Source: Candidatus Cloacimonadota bacterium (GTDB taxonomy: Bacteria > Cloacimonadota > Cloacimonadia > Cloacimonadales > WRIO01). From it: a stretch of DNA of 11,974 nt. Below are positions 1 through 8,132 of the stretch, piece by piece. The notes under the pieces were generated by a model that made no database searches, was not told where the DNA came from, and was given only the letters and a program-made list of their open reading frames with translations. The stretch's first letter is position 1, and the number at the start of each line of letters is the position of its first letter. The stretch spans positions 1-11,974 of the forward strand of contig JAKQQL010000043.1 in assembly GCA_029564175.1 (NCBI GenBank). The letters run 5' to 3'. The translations under genes were made by a program, and so were the position numbers.

Positions 1-49
1 TTACATTAGGTTAGCAGCTCATTTGAGGAAACGTAAAAAAGTTCATAAG

Positions 50-84
50 TTTGGTTTATCAAATGAAAAGCTTTTGTAATTTTG
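50..84 (+). promoter_or_regulatory. Putative Bacteroidota sigma-A promoter
   Basis: TAATTTTG (77-84) matches the -7 consensus TAnnTTTG. TTTG at 50-53 could be the -33 box, although the 23-nt spacer is longer than typical. Confidence 0.5.
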
Positions 85-108
85 AATAGAAAGATAAAAC
101 GCAACATT

Positions 109-178
109 ATAGCGCCTATATTTTCAAATATGGAAATAAGGCGCTATGGAGTGGCGGGTAAAAAACTAGTTACCGCCA
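109..178 (+). other. Two adjacent stem-loops in the leader region
   Basis: ATAGCGCCT (109-117) pairs with AGGCGCTAT (139-147), extended by TATTTTC/GGAAATA. TGGCGG(G)TAA (152-161) pairs with TTACCGCCA (170-178). Confidence 0.6.
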
Positions 179-349
179 AGTGTAGAAAACAGAAACGACA
201 GACAAAAAATATAAAGTAAACCATTGTGAAAGGACAGAAAAACGAAATATCGACAAGACAAGAGAGCCGACACTCAAGCCGACCCGATGTATTTTTGCCC
301 AACGCACTTTTTTTAAAACAATTGCCGACACACATTGCACACATAGCCA

Positions 350-393
350 AAGCCCAACGAGCCAACGCTCCAAACAAAGTTTTGTCAAAGAGT
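350..393 (+). repeat. Left copy of ~44-bp direct repeat flanking the defence operon
   Basis: AAGCCCA-ACGAGCCAACGCTCCAAAC-AAAGTTTTGTCAAAGAGT aligns with 10505-10548. The 14-bp core ACGAGCCAACGCTC (357-370) is identical in both copies. Confidence 0.8.
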
Positions 394-449
394 GCAATTT
401 TGCCGAAACACACGAAGCTATAATGAAAGGTTTATTAGTATTTTGCAGT

Positions 450-863
450 ATGGCAGATGTGCATGATAAAAAGACAAGAAGTTATAATATGAGTCAAATT
501 AAGGGCAAGGATACTAAACCCGAAATATTGATTCGTAAGTTCTTGTTTTCAAAAGGATTTAGATACAGACTTTATGACAAGAAATTACCAGGAAAACCTG
601 ATATAGTATTGCCAAAATATAAAACAGTAATTTTTGTTCATGGTTGTTTTTGGCATGGACATAAAAACTGTAAATATTTTGTAATTCCAAAGACAAGGAC
701 AGACTGGTGGTTGAAAAAGATTGAAAGAAATAAACAGTTAGATTTTGATAACTTTCAGGTTTTACAGGATTTAGGCTGGAAAGTTTTAACTATTTTTGAA
801 TGTGAGTTGAAAAAAAATATTAGAGACAAAACGTTAAATGAACTCATCACTGAAATATATTGA
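450..863 (+). CDS. vsr: Very short patch repair (G:T mismatch) endonuclease
   Basis: Typical Vsr motifs: MADVHDKKTRSYNMSQIKGKDTKPE, LPGKPDIVLPKYKTVIFVHGCFWHGH and LGWKVLTIFECE. ATG at 450 is preferred over 423 because it gives the usual Vsr N-terminus. The gene overlaps a C5 methyltransferase. Confidence 0.95.
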   Translation: MADVHDKKTRSYNMSQIKGKDTKPEILIRKFLFSKGFRYRLYDKKLPGKPDIVLPKYKTVIFVHGCFWHGHKNCKYFVIPKTRTDWWLKKIERNKQLDFDNFQVLQDLGWKVLTIFECELKKNIRDKTLNELITEIY

Positions 864-2076
864 TTTATTTGCCGGAGCGGGTGGTCTTTCCGAGGGTTTT
901 ATAAGAGAAGGTTTTCAGGCTATTGCCCATGTTGAAATGGATAAGGATGCCTGTGACACACTAAAAACAAGACTTGCCTATCATTACCTTGCTAAAAATA
1001 ATAAATTAAGTATCTACAAGGCATATCTTAAAAATGAAATAACCCGTGAGGTTTTATGGGGAAATATACCGGAACCAATTATGGAATCTGTAATAAACGA
1101 AGAAATTACAGGAGAAACAATAAGTGGTATTTTTAACAATATTGATAAGCAATCAGATGGTAATAAAGTTGATTTAATAATTGGAGGGCCGCCTTGCCAA
1201 GCGTATTCACTTGTTGGGAGAAGCAGAGACCCTAACCGCATGAAGGGGGATAAAAGAAATTTTTTGTTCAGTTATTATGCTGAATTTCTGATAAAATACA
1301 AACCAAAGTATTTTGTTTTTGAAAACGTTTTGGGTTTGTTAACCGCAGGGAACAAAAGATATCTGAATGAAATGATTCAACTTTTCGAATCCATCGGTTA
1401 TTCAGTTGCTGAACCAACTGTTCTGAATGCTGAAGATTACGGAGTATTGCAAAAGCGGAGAAGAGTTATAATAATGGGGCAAAGGGGAAAGAAAAAATTT
1501 AATTTCCCTGAATTGCAAAAAGTTGAAAACAAATGGCAGATTAAAAAGGACTTGTTTTATGACTTACCCTACTTAAATCCTGGCGATGAATTTAATATCG
1601 TAAAATACACAAAACCGATTAATGAATATTTAAGAACAACAGAGATACGCAATGGGATTGATATAGTAACTCAGCACATAACCAGAAACCACAACGAGAG
1701 AGACCTGGAAATTTATTCAATAGCCATTGATAAATGGGTAAATGAAAAAACAAGGTTAAAATATTCAGACCTTCCAGCCAGACTTCAAACACATAATAAC
1801 ACCGAAGCATTTCTAGACCGATTTAAAGTAGTTGACCCGATTGGACATTCGCACACAATGGTGGCTCATATCTCAAAAGACGGGCATTATTATATTTATC
1901 CTGATTTAAAGCAGATACGTTCAATATCTGTGCGTGAGGCTGCAAGAATTCAGTCTTTCCCTGATGATTATTTCTTTGAGGGAGGAAGGACTGCTGCGTT
2001 TAAACAAATTGGAAATGCAGTTCCCCCATTAATGGCAAAAGCAATAGCAATGAAAATTTCTGAACTACTTCAATGA
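838..2076 (+). CDS. dcm: DNA (cytosine-5)-methyltransferase (Dcm family, target unknown)
   Basis: Motif I DLFAGAGG, IV GGPPCQ, VI FENV, VIII QKRRRV, IX SVREAARIQSFPD and X QIGNAVPP. Confidence 0.96.
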   Translation: MNSSLKYIDLFAGAGGLSEGFIREGFQAIAHVEMDKDACDTLKTRLAYHYLAKNNKLSIYKAYLKNEITREVLWGNIPEPIMESVINEEITGETISGIFNNIDKQSDGNKVDLIIGGPPCQAYSLVGRSRDPNRMKGDKRNFLFSYYAEFLIKYKPKYFVFENVLGLLTAGNKRYLNEMIQLFESIGYSVAEPTVLNAEDYGVLQKRRRVIIMGQRGKKKFNFPELQKVENKWQIKKDLFYDLPYLNPGDEFNIVKYTKPINEYLRTTEIRNGIDIVTQHITRNHNERDLEIYSIAIDKWVNEKTRLKYSDLPARLQTHNNTEAFLDRFKVVDPIGHSHTMVAHISKDGHYYIYPDLKQIRSISVREAARIQSFPDDYFFEGGRTAAFKQIGNAVPPLMAKAIAMKISELLQ

Positions 2077-3545
2077 TTGATTACTCCCAATATCCTAAAA
2101 CTTCTGTTATTCCTGAAGCTTCTTCAATGATTGAAACTTTTAGGGCTATTGGTTACAGTATCGAAGCTGCTGTTGCTGACATTATTGATAATTCCATATC
2201 TGCTGAAGCAAAGAATATCTGGCTAAATTTTGACTGGAAAGGTTCTGAAACCTGGGTTTCAATTAAAGACGATGGTTTTGGAATGAATAATGAAGAACTC
2301 ATTCAGGCCATGAAACCAGGAAGTAAAAATCCTCTTGATGGTAGAAGCAATAAAGATTTAGGGAGGTTTGGTTTAGGTCTTAAAACTGCATCCTTTTCAC
2401 AATGTAGAAAATTAACGGTTCTAAGTAAAAAAGAAGGTTTTCAGCAATCATTCTGGACATGGGATTTAGATTACGTAAAAGAAACTGGCAAATGGGAACT
2501 TTTACAGTTTTTACCTGATGCCAAAATGGAATCAGAGATTGATAATCAAAAATCCGGTACAATCGTCCTTTGGAATGATATTGACAGGCTTGTTAAGAAT
2601 TTTCATTCCGATGATGCAAAAGCTTTAGATAAATTCTTAGTTATTATGGAGCAGGTAAAAAATCATCTTTCGATGGTTTTTCATCGGTTCATTGAAAACG
2701 GGAGCATCAAAATCTGGTTTCAGGGGCGCCAGATTAAAGCATGGAATCCTTTTTTAATTTCTGAATCAGCTACACAAATATTCCCTGATGAATATTTAAA
2801 TAATGGGAAAGTTATAGTTAAGGGTTTTGTTCTACCTCATAAGTCAAAAATATCTGAAGAAACATACAAAGAGGCAGAAGGTCCAAAAGGTTGGGGAGAA
2901 CAACAGGGCTTTTATGTTTATAGAAATGAGAGGTTGTTACTTTCTGGTGATTGGTTAGGGATATACAGAAAAGAGGAACATTATAAATTAGCAAGGATTC
3001 AGATAGACCTACCTAATACTCTTGATTCTGAATGGCAAATAGATATAAAAAAATCAATTGCAAGGCCTCCTATAGTTTTGCGTGAACAATTAAAAGCATA
3101 TTCATCTAAAGTAAGAGCGCAGGCCGTTGAAGTCTATCGGCATAAAGGGCGTACAGTAAAACAGTTACCTGGACAGAAATTTGTTCCACTATGGATTGAC
3201 CATAAACGAGGTGATAAATGGTTTTACAAGATTAACAGAGAGCACCCTTTAATTGAAAAATCCATTAATCAGGCAGAAACAGAACCTCAAAAAGCGATTG
3301 AAAACTTAATCAGATTTATTGAAGAGACAGTTCCTTCCAAGTCTATTTACATCAAAGAAGCATCTGATGAAGATGCAATCGGTAAACCCTTTGAAGGAAT
3401 TGAACAGGAACCTATCCGAAAAGCAATGAAACAGATGTACGATAAATTAGTTAATGAAGGAAAAACAGACGAACAGGCAAAAGCAATTATTTTTAACATA
3501 GACCCATTTAATTTATTTCCTCATTTTCTTGAATTTATTTCTTAA
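2073..3545 (+). CDS. MORC/MutL-like GHKL ATPase (HATPase_c_3), Mza-type
   Basis: GHKL motifs EAAVADIIDNS, DDGFGM, DLGRFGLGLKTASF and GTIV. S5-like second domain QQGFYVYRNERLL...LARIQID...WQIDIKKS. ATGA overlap with the methyltransferase. Confidence 0.92.
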   Translation: MIDYSQYPKTSVIPEASSMIETFRAIGYSIEAAVADIIDNSISAEAKNIWLNFDWKGSETWVSIKDDGFGMNNEELIQAMKPGSKNPLDGRSNKDLGRFGLGLKTASFSQCRKLTVLSKKEGFQQSFWTWDLDYVKETGKWELLQFLPDAKMESEIDNQKSGTIVLWNDIDRLVKNFHSDDAKALDKFLVIMEQVKNHLSMVFHRFIENGSIKIWFQGRQIKAWNPFLISESATQIFPDEYLNNGKVIVKGFVLPHKSKISEETYKEAEGPKGWGEQQGFYVYRNERLLLSGDWLGIYRKEEHYKLARIQIDLPNTLDSEWQIDIKKSIARPPIVLREQLKAYSSKVRAQAVEVYRHKGRTVKQLPGQKFVPLWIDHKRGDKWFYKINREHPLIEKSINQAETEPQKAIENLIRFIEETVPSKSIYIKEASDEDAIGKPFEGIEQEPIRKAMKQMYDKLVNEGKTDEQAKAIIFNIDPFNLFPHFLEFIS

Positions 3546-3548
3546 AGT

Positions 3549-4400
3549 ATGCTTTATAAGTATTTCAAAATTGATGAATACTCTATTTCTAACTTGATTA
3601 GGGATGAGTTATATTGTCAAAATTATAATGCATTCAATGACCCTTTCGAGTGTTGGTTTAAACTAAATGAAGGCATTCCAAATCCATTAAAAGAGCCTGA
3701 AAGATTTGAAATGATATACAATGTCTGGGGTTTTCACCCAAATATAAATGATGAATCAATAGAAGATTTTAACCTATACATGGAAGAACTTGAATCTTAT
3801 CAACCTGATGTAAAGAAATATATTGAAGGGGCAAGAATATCCTGTTTCTCTAAAGTACAGAATAACTTACTTATGTGGTCTCACTATGCTGATGGTTTAA
3901 GAGGTTTTTGCATCGAATATGACGAAGATTTATTACTATCTATTGAGAAAGACAAGAATGCAGCACTAATTGATGTTAACTATGAAAAGCGAGTGCCAAT
4001 TGTCGATAAAATGTTATATTCTTTAGCTAACGACCATATTTGGTATCATGAGATGGCATTAGAAGAAGAGCCTAAAAGTAAATTCAGAAGAGATTATTTA
4101 AAGGCATTAAAAGAAGCAAACAAATTAATCGAAAATCTTTATCAGAAAACAATTGCTACAAAACCAGTTCAATGGAAATACGAAAAAGAAACCCGTTTAA
4201 TATTTTATTCCGAAAATGTTAGTGGAGAATTCTATAAATATCCACCTAATGCAATTAAATCCGTTTTTTTCGGTGAAAGAATGAGAAAAAAGGATATTGA
4301 TACACTTTTAAATATATTTAAATCCAAAGACATTACTCTTGATAAAAAAATAGCCCACAGAAACAATTGCAGTTATGATATTCTATTTAAACCAATATAA
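3549..4400 (+). CDS. DUF2971-family protein, possibly ADP-ribosyltransferase-like
   Basis: Family-type motifs LYKY, FNDPFE, ISCFS, LMWSHYADGLRGFCIEY and KPVQWKYEKETRLI. It starts 3 bp after the ATPase stop and ends 2 bp before the Z1 start. Confidence 0.85.
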   Translation: MLYKYFKIDEYSISNLIRDELYCQNYNAFNDPFECWFKLNEGIPNPLKEPERFEMIYNVWGFHPNINDESIEDFNLYMEELESYQPDVKKYIEGARISCFSKVQNNLLMWSHYADGLRGFCIEYDEDLLLSIEKDKNAALIDVNYEKRVPIVDKMLYSLANDHIWYHEMALEEEPKSKFRRDYLKALKEANKLIENLYQKTIATKPVQWKYEKETRLIFYSENVSGEFYKYPPNAIKSVFFGERMRKKDIDTLLNIFKSKDITLDKKIAHRNNCSYDILFKPI

Positions 4401-4402
4401 TT

Positions 4403-7144
4403 ATGATTCAGCAAGCATTAAGAACCATAAGGACATTATTACCTACAACAGGTAGTGTATCGGTTAAACAAATTGAAGATGCAGTTAATATAGCTCTTTT
4501 AATTCCACAATATTCAGGAATTGACAAAGACACTATTATTCGTGAAGTACAATCTATTTATAACATACATATTGATGATTTTCGTGTTATTGAATCATCT
4601 GAAAGAAGAAGACCCTGGATTAATGATAAAAAAAGTTCCCTGCAATGGAATTTCTGGCAGAGATACCGGGATTATTTATCAATAGAAAAGAATTTTGCTG
4701 ATACTGTTATTAACCAACTTGACCGCTTAACAGACAGAACTCTTGATGGGCTTTTTGACCCTACAATCAATGCTGCAATTGATAAAAAAGGATTGGTTGT
4801 AGGTCAGGTTCAATCAGGTAAGACTGCAAATTATACAGGATTGATTTGTAAAGCAGCAGATGCTGGCTTTAAACTTATTATTGTTCTGGCAGGTGTTCAT
4901 AATAATTTAAGGAGCCAGACGCAGTTAAGACTTGATGAAGGTTTTTTAGGTTTTGATACTCAACATGAAAGAGCTTTCAGAGAAAATAATCTTTGGATTG
5001 GCGTTGGTCGCATTGACCAGAATAGTATTGCTCACTCACTTACGTCAAGTTTATCCGATTTTAATGTGGGGGCAGCAAATGCTATAGGTATTAATTTTAA
5101 CACCAACGAACCGATTATTGCAGTAGTAAAAAAAAATGGACGAATACTTGAAAGGCTTTTACAATGGCTTTCTGCACAAGCTATCGAAATTGAAGGCAGA
5201 AGGGTTATTCGAAATAAATCATTGTTATTAATTGACGATGAAGCTGATAATGCATCAATAAATACCCGACCCGAAAATGACGGAACAACCAGAATTAATG
5301 GTTTAATCCGTGATATTATCCGATTGTTTGATAAAAGCGGATATGTAGGCTATACGGCTACACCTTTTGCCAATATATTCATCCCGATAGAAGAAGATGA
5401 ATTGTTTCCCAGAGATTTTATTATAAATCTGCCCGCTCCTTCAAACTACATAGGCCCTGATAAGATATTTGGTTTCAGATTGGTTGAAGATGATGAAACA
5501 TCAGATACCGTTTTACCAATAGTTACAAGGATTGACGATTATCAAAATTTTGTCCCGAATGGTCACGGTAGCAGGGATACTTTACCTGATAACGCTCCTG
5601 CTTCATTGTTGCTGGCAATCAAATGTTTTATTATAACCTGTGCAATCCGCAGGTTAAGAGGACAAGGAAATGCACATAATTCAATGCTTGTGCATACAAG
5701 CAGGTTTGTTAACTGGCAACATCATATCAGGGATATTGTCCAGAACGCTTTTGATTTTTACAGAAGGGGAATTGAAATGAATATTCCATCTGTTGTTGAG
5801 GAAATCCGTCAGGTTTTTGAAGAAGACAATAATTTGTACAAATCTTACCGTACAACTTCACAACTTATTCTAAACTCGGGTCTTTCAGATATAGACCCGC
5901 ATATACAGGTACATGAGTGGACTGATGTATTGCCATTTCTTAATGAGGCTGCAACCAGGATTCAGGTAAGAGAAATCAACGGAGGTTCTGCTGATGTATT
6001 GAATTATTTTGACCATAAAAACGGACTTTCTGTAATAGCAATTGGTGGAGATAAGTTATCCAGAGGTTTAACACTTGAAGGTCTTTCGGTAAGTTATTAC
6101 CTGAGAGCTTCCCATATGTATGATACATTAATGCAAATGGGCAGATGGTTTGGATACAGACCTGGTTATGTAGATTTATGCAGACTATTTACGAGCAGAG
6201 AACTGAATGAATGGTTTAGCCATATTGCCCTGGCAAGTGAGGAACTCAGAAATGAATTTGATTATATGTCTGATGTGGCAGGGAGCACACCTAAACAATA
6301 CGCACTAAAGGTTAGAACCCATCCAGGTGTTTTGCAAATCTCCGCATCAAATAAAATCAGGAGAGCTGAAAACATAAGGGTTTCATGGTCTGGTCGCTTA
6401 ATTGAAACTTATGAATTAAGCAAAAAGCCGGAAACAATTCAAAAGAACCTTGATACAACTATTCGTTTTGTAAACTCTCTTGGTGAGAATTTTTCAGCAG
6501 AGCAAAACTATTTTTTATGGAATAATATTCCTTTTGAAAACATCAGGCAATTTCTGATGGGCTTTGAGGTTTTTGATAACCTTAAATCAGCAGCACCACA
6601 GAACCTTATTAAATTTATTGATTTTAAATATCGTAACGAAGAATTAAGGTCGTGGAATGTGGGTGTAATTACCAAACGCAAAGGAACAGAGTTTTCTGTT
6701 AATAATGATATTAATGTTAATCTTATCGAAAGAACACAGGATAACAAATCAAATTCAGAATTATACTACATTCGGAAATCACATATTATAAGTCCGAATG
6801 ATGAATTTATTGACCTGACACAAAATGAACGGGAAGCTGCTTATGAAGCCTCATTACGTTTATGGCGGGAAAAAGAGAAAGAAGGGGAACCTAAAAGGCT
6901 TAATGGAGAGTGGGTTAGAAATGAAATAAGAAAACCAGATAAGGTTTTATTATTACTTTACTTTTTAAACCCAACTGGCGCTGAATTACCAGAAACATCT
7001 AATCCAATTGTTGGTTTTGCAATAAGTTTTCCTGGTTCAGAGCATGATGATGCGGTTACTTATGCCGTTCATAGTCAATTGTTAAGTAATTTTAATATTG
7101 AAGATATCTACGAACCAGAAGATGATGACAATGACGAAGATTGA
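4403..7144 (+). CDS. Z1-domain SF2 helicase/ATPase, Mza-type
   Basis: Walker A GQVQSGKT, Walker B LLIDDEAD, motif III YTATPFAN, Z1 region HNSMLVH, GGDKLSRGLTLEGL and motif VI DTLMQMGRWFGYRPGY. It has an acidic C-terminal tail. Confidence 0.93.
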   Translation: MIQQALRTIRTLLPTTGSVSVKQIEDAVNIALLIPQYSGIDKDTIIREVQSIYNIHIDDFRVIESSERRRPWINDKKSSLQWNFWQRYRDYLSIEKNFADTVINQLDRLTDRTLDGLFDPTINAAIDKKGLVVGQVQSGKTANYTGLICKAADAGFKLIIVLAGVHNNLRSQTQLRLDEGFLGFDTQHERAFRENNLWIGVGRIDQNSIAHSLTSSLSDFNVGAANAIGINFNTNEPIIAVVKKNGRILERLLQWLSAQAIEIEGRRVIRNKSLLLIDDEADNASINTRPENDGTTRINGLIRDIIRLFDKSGYVGYTATPFANIFIPIEEDELFPRDFIINLPAPSNYIGPDKIFGFRLVEDDETSDTVLPIVTRIDDYQNFVPNGHGSRDTLPDNAPASLLLAIKCFIITCAIRRLRGQGNAHNSMLVHTSRFVNWQHHIRDIVQNAFDFYRRGIEMNIPSVVEEIRQVFEEDNNLYKSYRTTSQLILNSGLSDIDPHIQVHEWTDVLPFLNEAATRIQVREINGGSADVLNYFDHKNGLSVIAIGGDKLSRGLTLEGLSVSYYLRASHMYDTLMQMGRWFGYRPGYVDLCRLFTSRELNEWFSHIALASEELRNEFDYMSDVAGSTPKQYALKVRTHPGVLQISASNKIRRAENIRVSWSGRLIETYELSKKPETIQKNLDTTIRFVNSLGENFSAEQNYFLWNNIPFENIRQFLMGFEVFDNLKSAAPQNLIKFIDFKYRNEELRSWNVGVITKRKGTEFSVNNDINVNLIERTQDNKSNSELYYIRKSHIISPNDEFIDLTQNEREAAYEASLRLWREKEKEGEPKRLNGEWVRNEIRKPDKVLLLLYFLNPTGAELPETSNPIVGFAISFPGSEHDDAVTYAVHSQLLSNFNIEDIYEPEDDDNDED

Positions 7145-8132
7145 GAAAATATGGTCTGAACTTGAAAATGATAAATCATTTTCTCATGGGTTACTTATCA
7201 GAAGATATTCAGGAAATATTTTACCAGATATTTTTGTTGCAATTATATCACCCGAAGGTTATAGATGCATAGCAGCGTCATTATCGAATACAAAAAGCCT
7301 GAATCTTTCGCTATTCTCAAATTTGAGAGACATAAGTGTGGAAATAATTCCGGATGACCAGAATCCGGAAAGGAATTATTTGATATTTAAATTACTAAAA
7401 ACAGAACATAGAGATATTTTTTCAGTCTTATGTGAGGATTTAATATTAAGTGTTGCACCACTAAAAAGTGAAGAAAAAATACTTAAAGAGTTAATTAATC
7501 GCTTTGAAAAATGGAAATCTTTGTTTGATAAAGTGTCCTCGCATGGCCTAGCACCCGAAGAACAGAGAGGCTTATTCGGTGAATTATTTCTTTTAAAAAA
7601 ACTTTTGCTTTCATTTGAGCAAACCAACTTTGTTTTATCTTCCTGGGTTGGTGTTGAAAAACAAATAAGAGATTTTCAATATAATAACTGGGGTATAGAG
7701 GTAAAAACAACTCATGGCAAAAAACATCAGAAAATCCAGATTAGTAGTGAAAGACAGTTAGATACGAGCAATCTGGAAAATCTTTTTCTATTTCATTTAT
7801 CAATGGAATCAAGTCTTAATTCAGGGGAAACTCTGAACTCATTGGTTGATTCTATCAGATTAATACTTGAGAGTGATTTCGTTTCTCTAAACAAGTTTAA
7901 CAATAAACTATTTGAAGCCGGTTATTTTGAAAACCATAGAGACAATTATTCAGATACTGGCTATTTTATACGAAACGAGACTTATTATAAGGTTGAAAAT
8001 GATTTTCCAAGAATTGAAGAGAATGATATAAGAAACGGTGTTGGTGATGTTAAATATTCAATTATTATTTCTCAGTTTTCAGAATATGTTAAATCTGAAG
8101 AATTTGTACTTCAAAATATTCTATTCTCATGA
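7131..8132 (+). CDS. PD-(D/E)XK motif protein (DUF4420-type nuclease), Mza-type
   Basis: Motifs EEQRGLFGEL, SWVG...RDF, IEVKTT and QISSERQLD. An ATG start at 7131 (or 7122/7125) overlapping the Z1 end is more likely than the TTG at 7098. Confidence 0.88.
   Translation: MTKIEKIWSELENDKSFSHGLLIRRYSGNILPDIFVAIISPEGYRCIAASLSNTKSLNLSLFSNLRDISVEIIPDDQNPERNYLIFKLLKTEHRDIFSVLCEDLILSVAPLKSEEKILKELINRFEKWKSLFDKVSSHGLAPEEQRGLFGELFLLKKLLLSFEQTNFVLSSWVGVEKQIRDFQYNNWGIEVKTTHGKKHQKIQISSERQLDTSNLENLFLFHLSMESSLNSGETLNSLVDSIRLILESDFVSLNKFNNKLFEAGYFENHRDNYSDTGYFIRNETYYKVENDFPRIEENDIRNGVGDVKYSIIISQFSEYVKSEEFVLQNILFS

Noticed and set aside
266..420. CRISPR-like array from the recurring GCCRAC motifs
   Set aside because: The repeats are only 6-8 bp, irregularly spaced, and no cas genes are present.
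144..423. Short ORFs 144-413 (-), 170-397 (-) and 226-423 (+)
   Set aside because: They overlap hairpins and repeats, have biased composition and no recognisable motifs. They are probably by-products of the A/C-skewed leader.
423..449. N-terminal extension of Vsr from ATG 423
   Set aside because: MADVH at 450 matches the usual Vsr start.
7098..7130. TTG start for the DUF4420 gene
   Set aside because: It needs a long overlap with Z1, and in-frame ATGs at 7122-7131 are more plausible.
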